Source: Thermoplasmata archaeon (GTDB lineage Archaea > Thermoplasmatota > E2 > DHVEG-1). Taken from it: a DNA stretch of 64,000 bases. Positions 59,019-64,000 of this stretch are shown here, in pieces. The number at the start of each line of letters is the position of its first letter. Positions within the stretch are counted from its first letter, which is position 1. Both the position numbers and the translations under genes were made by a program. Where the stretch lies: contig JADBLO010000094.1 in the NCBI GenBank assembly GCA_014894395.1, forward strand, positions 346 to 64,345, read 5' to 3'. The notes beneath the pieces were generated by a model. That model was not told the origin of the DNA. It made no database searches and saw only the letters and a program-made list of their open reading frames with translations.

Positions 59019-60140
59019 CTATGTAGTTTTTAGATGATAACTTATAGGAGCTGTATACTCCCCCGAGATCTGACCGAGAGGGACATCACACGTATACTCA
59101 ATATCGCTCGTTGAAAAAATCGTTCCATTTGCTTGATTACGATGATATGTTCCAGCAGATCCATAGAGGTAGACTACATCATTAAAGGCGGTGAAATTAT
59201 TTGGTAGAGCCAAATCACCACCTCGCACCCAAATCCTTTTACGAGACATATTTGCAGTAGGATGTGTTCGATGAGTTAAGTTCCCTACATCTACAGAAAG
59301 CGAATAATTCCCGTTCGAACGAGTGATAAGGGTAATATTGCTTTCTGCTGTCGCATTTTGCCCAGGATATGCATAGATAACAGGCCATCCCGCACTTATC
59401 ATTTCAGTATACGAGTAAATCCCGAATTCATCTCGAACCCAAGAAACGTACCCTTGCTCATTTGAAGCGTAGATTTTAAAATTCCAAGATTCAGGATCAT
59501 TTGTAGCATTACGGGATGTATTCCAACTCCCATCCCCAGGAGCATATCGAAATTGATATCCGGGGACAAACGAAAATGTTAGATTATGACACTCGGTAAA
59601 TCTTGGACTACCAATGGGATCATGCACAACTCTCTCGGTATATTGACCCGCAGTAACCTCGCCACCATGAGGCCATACCATCCTCCAGACAGCGGTTCCT
59701 GTAATGTTTTCATACTGAAGGAACAAATTCATGTTCCCACCAAACGTCTGGTTATAGACGGTATTCTCATTTCCTTGGTCATACCAAGCGGTGATATTCA
59801 CATACGTGATATTTTCCCATTGATAATCACTACTAATATTGACAATAAATCTGTATTCTGCACTAGCGTTTACATCACTCGGTGTATTAAGTCTAGAGAT
59901 CCAAGTCCCAGACTGATTGTACTGAAAATCATACCAATTAATCCTTGGCTCTCTATAGAGAACCGTAACGTTTAAGGTCGTCGCGTTATACCATTCTTCG
60001 CTAATATTTCCAGGATTAGCTTGCGCATTTTTCACGACAAAAGGCTCAAGACAGAACATACCAGTGAATAATGATAATACCAACGCTGTTACAACGAGAA
60101 CCGAATATATGCTCTGCTTTCCCATCCTTCTAGCCCTCAC
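59019..60140 (-). CDS. Secreted two-domain beta protein, putative filament subunit A
   Basis: Close paralog of 57655-58782; AQA cleavage site, WYNATTLNVTV, C-terminal VPLGQISGEYTAPISYHL. Confidence 0.78.
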   Translation of the reverse strand: MRARRMGKQSIYSVLVVTALVLSLFTGMFCLEPFVVKNAQANPGNISEEWYNATTLNVTVLYREPRINWYDFQYNQSGTWISRLNTPSDVNASAEYRFIVNISSDYQWENITYVNITAWYDQGNENTVYNQTFGGNMNLFLQYENITGTAVWRMVWPHGGEVTAGQYTERVVHDPIGSPRFTECHNLTFSFVPGYQFRYAPGDGSWNTSRNATNDPESWNFKIYASNEQGYVSWVRDEFGIYSYTEMISAGWPVIYAYPGQNATAESNITLITRSNGNYSLSVDVGNLTHRTHPTANMSRKRIWVRGGDLALPNNFTAFNDVVYLYGSAGTYHRNQANGTIFSTSDIEYTCDVPLGQISGEYTAPISYHLKTT

Positions 60141-60285
60141 TAGTTTTTACCTAATATTTTGTAACATGATTATATGTTAGGGTGCATGTCACTAATTCAT
60201 TGTCCATGATATAAAACTTTGGGTCTTGAATTTCTTTATTTTTTTTCAAGGAATCGAATTACGTAGCAATGGGGTGATCTTAATT

Positions 60286-63200
60286 TTATTTCTGTTTTAT
60301 CTTCGTGGCTACATGAGCCGTATATTCTCCTTGGATGGTACCAAAGGGTATGTAGACATTGAACTGCACGTAAACGATTTGGCTTGTGTTGTTTTTATGA
60401 AAAATACCTGATATGTTGATTACGTCAATAGCATTTAATTCTCGGATGCCATTAAACATCATATCGGCAGTGATATCATCATTAGGATCTGCATTTGCAC
60501 AGATATAGACATTATTTGCGATGGGGATGATATCACCTGACGAAACATTCGTAAGATTCTCTTCAAAAAATATACTAATATTATAGTCGTAGTTTGAAGA
60601 ATAGGTGATGTTGACAACATTCGATGTCGCATTATACCCTGGTGCTGCTCGGACATCCACCCAGTTTTTTTCAGGCAAAATAGTAGCAAATTTGTAGACT
60701 CCATACTCATCCCTCTTCCATGATTTTAAGCCAGAAGCGCCTATAACGGTGATGTTAAAGTTCCATGAAAATGAATCGCTGGTAGTGTTTTTGGTAGTGT
60801 CCCAAGTGTTATTACTGCACGCCCACCTCGTTTGACTTAGAGGTTTGAAACTTATGTTGACAATCCTCGTGGTGCTATTGATAATGGTTTCGGAACAATT
60901 TCCACTGATGATTTGCGCTTCATTATCTGGCCAAAGCATTCTGAACTGCGCAGTTCCAGTGGTATTCCTATATTGCAGAAACATATTTAGATTGCTGCCT
61001 AAGGTTTGATTGTAACTGCTGGTCTCGTTACCATGGTCATACCAAGCCATGATATTGACGTATTGAATATCAACCCATCCATTTCTATCAGTGATGTTGA
61101 TAGTAAACAAATATTCATTGTTAACATCAAGAAGCCCGGTGATATTATTTAGTTTGGAAACAGTACTATTCCTTAGATCATAGAAGTTTATTATCGGTGA
61201 AGAAAGATTTGGAGTGTAAAAACACCTCGCATCAGCGTTCAGTGGTGCTGGTTCATCAGATGAACCAGCTTTCTTTCCTATGCTGTAGAACTCATAATAA
61301 CCTCTGCCATTTGGAAAATTAAAACTCCAGTTCCAAGGGACATTAGAATCAGGATTAGAGGCATTATTCCAGATCATCCAATCTATAAAAGTTGTTGCAT
61401 TGACCCATATCTGATCGATATAGACATCATCCTCATTATCTGATCCACTACATTCAAACATGATTTGTGCAGTAGCTGTGAGGTCGTAAGCAGACTCATT
61501 TATCCACACGGTTGTATGGTAGAACTGATCATTAACAAAATCATCATTTGCATCATAATCAGCCACAGTCACCCAGCCAGTTCCATCATTGTACTTCACC
61601 CAGAAATCTTCAATAATTTCCACTGTATAGAACCAGAACTCGACTTTAAGATAATTATATCCGGGGGTTTCAAGATCCATGGTATTGGTATGATAAAACG
61701 ATGACGCAACACCGCTGTTATCCTGAATATTCGCAGCACTACTTCCTTGATGTGCATATGTTCCACCAGTATATCGTGAACAATCGTCCCCGCCATCAGT
61801 ATAATTGCCCCACCCAAGTTCAAAGTCATCGTAGGTTAACGTATCCCACCCAGTAAAATTATGGTCACTCCAGCGGTAGTACAATGTAACATTATCGACA
61901 GCAGTATAATTAGAAGCAGTAATAATAAAAGGTGATGATGTGACATTGTATGGAGAGAACGGATCAACTGAAGTGTTAAGCGGCATCGTGGTAAAATGAA
62001 ATATGGCAGAGACATTATTTATACTATCATTGACTGCTACTTTCCAATAGTAAGTGATAGAGTAATTCTCGAATTGTGAAAAGACATAACTAACCGTGGA
62101 ATTCGCACTTATACTACTGTTCGTATTTCTTAAAATCCAAACTCCGGTTCTATTCTCATACCAATACACATCAAGTGCAGCTCCCTCAGTATCATTTGCC
62201 CAGATCTGACAAAGGGATTGGAGTTCAACAGTAGTAGTACCATTTGGTGCAGGGGATATGAGTTCAATAGTTGGAGCATTTCCTCTCGGGTTGTAATGAC
62301 ATCTCGCATCAGCATTCAGTGGTGCTGGTTCATCAGATGATCCTGCTTTCCGTCCTATGCTGTAGAATTCATAGTAACCGATACCATTGGAGAAGGTGAA
62401 GTTCCAACTCCAAGGACTGTTCTCATCTGGATTGCTTACATTGTTCCATTTTGTATATCCCTGTTCCTCACTGCCAAAACTATTCCAGGACGGTGGCGTT
62501 GCCCGATATTTTCTCACAAATACATTATCCACCAATACATAATTTGACGAATCCATACTTACCCCATGAACATGCGAAACTAGATAATCAGCGGTTGTTT
62601 TGGTAGAATCTGTTACCGAACGAGCGCTATCGCCAGCTGGAGCAGATGGTGTGATTTTTGCTGAATAATCAGCATCTGAAACATTTATTTTAACATGATA
62701 CCAGGTACCTGTTGAAACAACAGGAAAAGCAGTTCCTATCTGGGTCCAGTTTGTAGGCGCAAAAAATTCAAAAAAACCCCCATCAGCCGCTGAATTCTGT
62801 AACTGCCAACAATATCCATTAGTCCAAGATAAATCATTTACTCTCCAACCAAATTGATGAATAACTCTTGGGGTCCCAGCTAAATACACATCATATTCGA
62901 TAATGCCATTTAGTATCTTGTAGGTGGTACGAATCCTTGTGTCTTGATCGCTTCTATTAGCAGGTATTGAGTTGTCAGGATCATGTCTCAGCGCTGGAGC
63001 TGAATTCCCCTGACTCTGATTAATATAAATTGAATCGGTGTTCCACGAGTCCATTACCCATTTACTTAATCCATTTGAAAAATCATCAAAGAAATAAAAC
63101 GTGTTTGTCCCGTTGCTTGTTGTTGAGGCACTGCTATTTCCGTAGTACATCCAAATGTCTGTATCATTGAGTGAATTGTTTAACCAGAAAGTAGCTTGAG

Positions 63201-64000
63201 TATCGGTAGTATAGTTCTTAAGCCAATAGGATAGTTGTGTTGTATTATCTGAATAACTTATAAATCTAGTATCACCGAAATCACTTCGTGCATGACCATT
63301 GCAGGTAACGTTTCCGCCACTTGTATTTCCTACAATGATTTTCATCTGATAGCCCCCATTTTTTCCAGTTATGGACAACAGCTTTTTGTACGACCAGCAT
63401 GGATTCCACCATGCTGAATTTTGAGAGGAATAATAATACCAGATGGTCACATTTTTCACATCATCACTTGCTGTTGCACTGATCGATAATGGAGAGATCG
63501 TGACGTTGTACGGTGAAATGGAATTGACCTGGGAGGATGGCTTAGATGTGGAATATCCACATTGCGTATCATACTCTGGTGACGATGGTGGATCTTCTCT
63601 ATTGCCTGCCTGATCATACGCTATACTATAGAACCGATAGTGGCCTTCTCCGCTGGGGAAATTGAAATTCCAACTCCAAGGTGTATTTTCATCTCTGCTA
63701 AAAGAAGTCCAAGCATTCCAACTTGATGTGTTACCTGTCCTATATTGATAGTAAAGAGTGACATTTTTAATTCCGCTCAGTTCATCACTTGTATTGGTCA
63801 CACTAATCAGTAGTGGGTTTCCTGTGGCATTATGCCAATATGTGGTAATTGGGTCAACCTGCGAAGAAGGTTTTACAGTTTCATAACCACATGATGTGTC
63901 ATTGCCCGTAAAATACTCGGCATTACTATCATTATCTACAGCAATACTATAGAATCGATAGTATCCTTCTCCATTTGGAAATGTAAAAATCCATGAAATA
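60286..64000 (-). CDS. Giant modular surface protein (Ig-like repeats, DUF2341, jelly-roll domains, C-terminal subunit-like module); 5' end outside the window
   Basis: Frame stays open from 63801 to the window edge (ISWIFTFPNGEGYYRFYSIAVD...). The last ~305 aa align with the 57655/59019 proteins (AWYDHGNE..YNQT.G.N.N.FLQY.NTTGTA..RMLWP; SWNF; DEYG.Y; IPFGTIQGEYTA). Confidence 0.85.
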   Translation of the reverse strand, partial: ISWIFTFPNGEGYYRFYSIAVDNDSNAEYFTGNDTSCGYETVKPSSQVDPITTYWHNATGNPLLISVTNTSDELSGIKNVTLYYQYRTGNTSSWNAWTSFSRDENTPWSWNFNFPSGEGHYRFYSIAYDQAGNREDPPSSPEYDTQCGYSTSKPSSQVNSISPYNVTISPLSISATASDDVKNVTIWYYYSSQNSAWWNPCWSYKKLLSITGKNGGYQMKIIVGNTSGGNVTCNGHARSDFGDTRFISYSDNTTQLSYWLKNYTTDTQATFWLNNSLNDTDIWMYYGNSSASTTSNGTNTFYFFDDFSNGLSKWVMDSWNTDSIYINQSQGNSAPALRHDPDNSIPANRSDQDTRIRTTYKILNGIIEYDVYLAGTPRVIHQFGWRVNDLSWTNGYCWQLQNSAADGGFFEFFAPTNWTQIGTAFPVVSTGTWYHVKINVSDADYSAKITPSAPAGDSARSVTDSTKTTADYLVSHVHGVSMDSSNYVLVDNVFVRKYRATPPSWNSFGSEEQGYTKWNNVSNPDENSPWSWNFTFSNGIGYYEFYSIGRKAGSSDEPAPLNADARCHYNPRGNAPTIELISPAPNGTTTVELQSLCQIWANDTEGAALDVYWYENRTGVWILRNTNSSISANSTVSYVFSQFENYSITYYWKVAVNDSINNVSAIFHFTTMPLNTSVDPFSPYNVTSSPFIITASNYTAVDNVTLYYRWSDHNFTGWDTLTYDDFELGWGNYTDGGDDCSRYTGGTYAHQGSSAANIQDNSGVASSFYHTNTMDLETPGYNYLKVEFWFYTVEIIEDFWVKYNDGTGWVTVADYDANDDFVNDQFYHTTVWINESAYDLTATAQIMFECSGSDNEDDVYIDQIWVNATTFIDWMIWNNASNPDSNVPWNWSFNFPNGRGYYEFYSIGKKAGSSDEPAPLNADARCFYTPNLSSPIINFYDLRNSTVSKLNNITGLLDVNNEYLFTINITDRNGWVDIQYVNIMAWYDHGNETSSYNQTLGSNLNMFLQYRNTTGTAQFRMLWPDNEAQIISGNCSETIINSTTRIVNISFKPLSQTRWACSNNTWDTTKNTTSDSFSWNFNITVIGASGLKSWKRDEYGVYKFATILPEKNWVDVRAAPGYNATSNVVNITYSSNYDYNISIFFEENLTNVSSGDIIPIANNVYICANADPNDDITADMMFNGIRELNAIDVINISGIFHKNNTSQIVYVQFNVYIPFGTIQGEYTAHVATKIKQK
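61226..61302. repeat. 77-bp intragenic direct repeat, copy 1 (copy 2 at 62303-62379)
   Basis: 70/77 identical by manual alignment; encodes GYYEFYSIG.KAGSSDEPAPLNADAR. Confidence 0.85.
62303..62379. repeat. 77-bp intragenic direct repeat, copy 2
   Basis: See copy 1. Confidence 0.85.

Noticed and set aside
57655-60140. Type IV pilins or archaellins
   Set aside because: Signal peptides look like class I (cleavage after the hydrophobic stretch), and no assembly ATPase or prepilin peptidase is in the window.
1184-62315. Numerous short antisense or overlapping ORFs in the track (e.g. 1184-1426, 5937-6428, 26584-27069, 45452-45943, 50862-51365)
   Set aside because: They are shadows of well-supported genes; the similarity between 1184-1426 and 5937-6428 just mirrors the paralogy on the other strand.
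61226-62379. 77-bp repeat pair as a DGR TR/VR
   Set aside because: Mismatches are not adenine-specific, are mostly synonymous, and both copies lie in the same ORF.
1-64000. tRNA, rRNA, CRISPR array, transposase or integrase
   Set aside because: None recognised by eye; a covariance-model scan would be needed to exclude small RNAs.

Overview
Archaeal-looking 64 kb window. By gene repertoire (C25 gingipain-like peptidase, PQQ/PKD, NosD and DUF2341/LamG surface proteins, TATA-type promoters) it most resembles a sediment Thermoplasmatota of the DHVEG-1/MBG-D type; that is an inference, not a database result. It is almost entirely devoted to the cell surface. (i) 1-6688: three tandem paralogous secreted Ig-Ig-DUF2341-LamG proteins with divergent lectin-like tips. 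(ii) 7056-44635: a ~38 kb glycosylation locus with glmU-glmS-glmU, a flippase, a GDP-manno-heptose pathway with tailoring enzymes and a split transketolase, a legionaminic-type nonulosonate pathway with two NeuB-family synthases, a WbpB/D/E-like set, galU, ugd and several gene remnants. (iii) 44750-53994: cold-shock protein, secreted proteins, a pseudogene and a C25 peptidase. (iv) 54267->64000: a co-oriented cluster and the best candidate for an undescribed system. It holds two paralogous, sequon-dense subunits with an N-terminal beta-strand extension, a giant adhesin carrying the same module without that strand, a membrane-anchored half-subunit that has a similar strand, a membrane-anchored multi-Ig protein and a membrane PAS protein. 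This matches the part list expected for a donor-strand-polymerised archaeal pilus. No rRNA, tRNA, CRISPR array or transposase was recognised. All family assignments are by motif recognition only.
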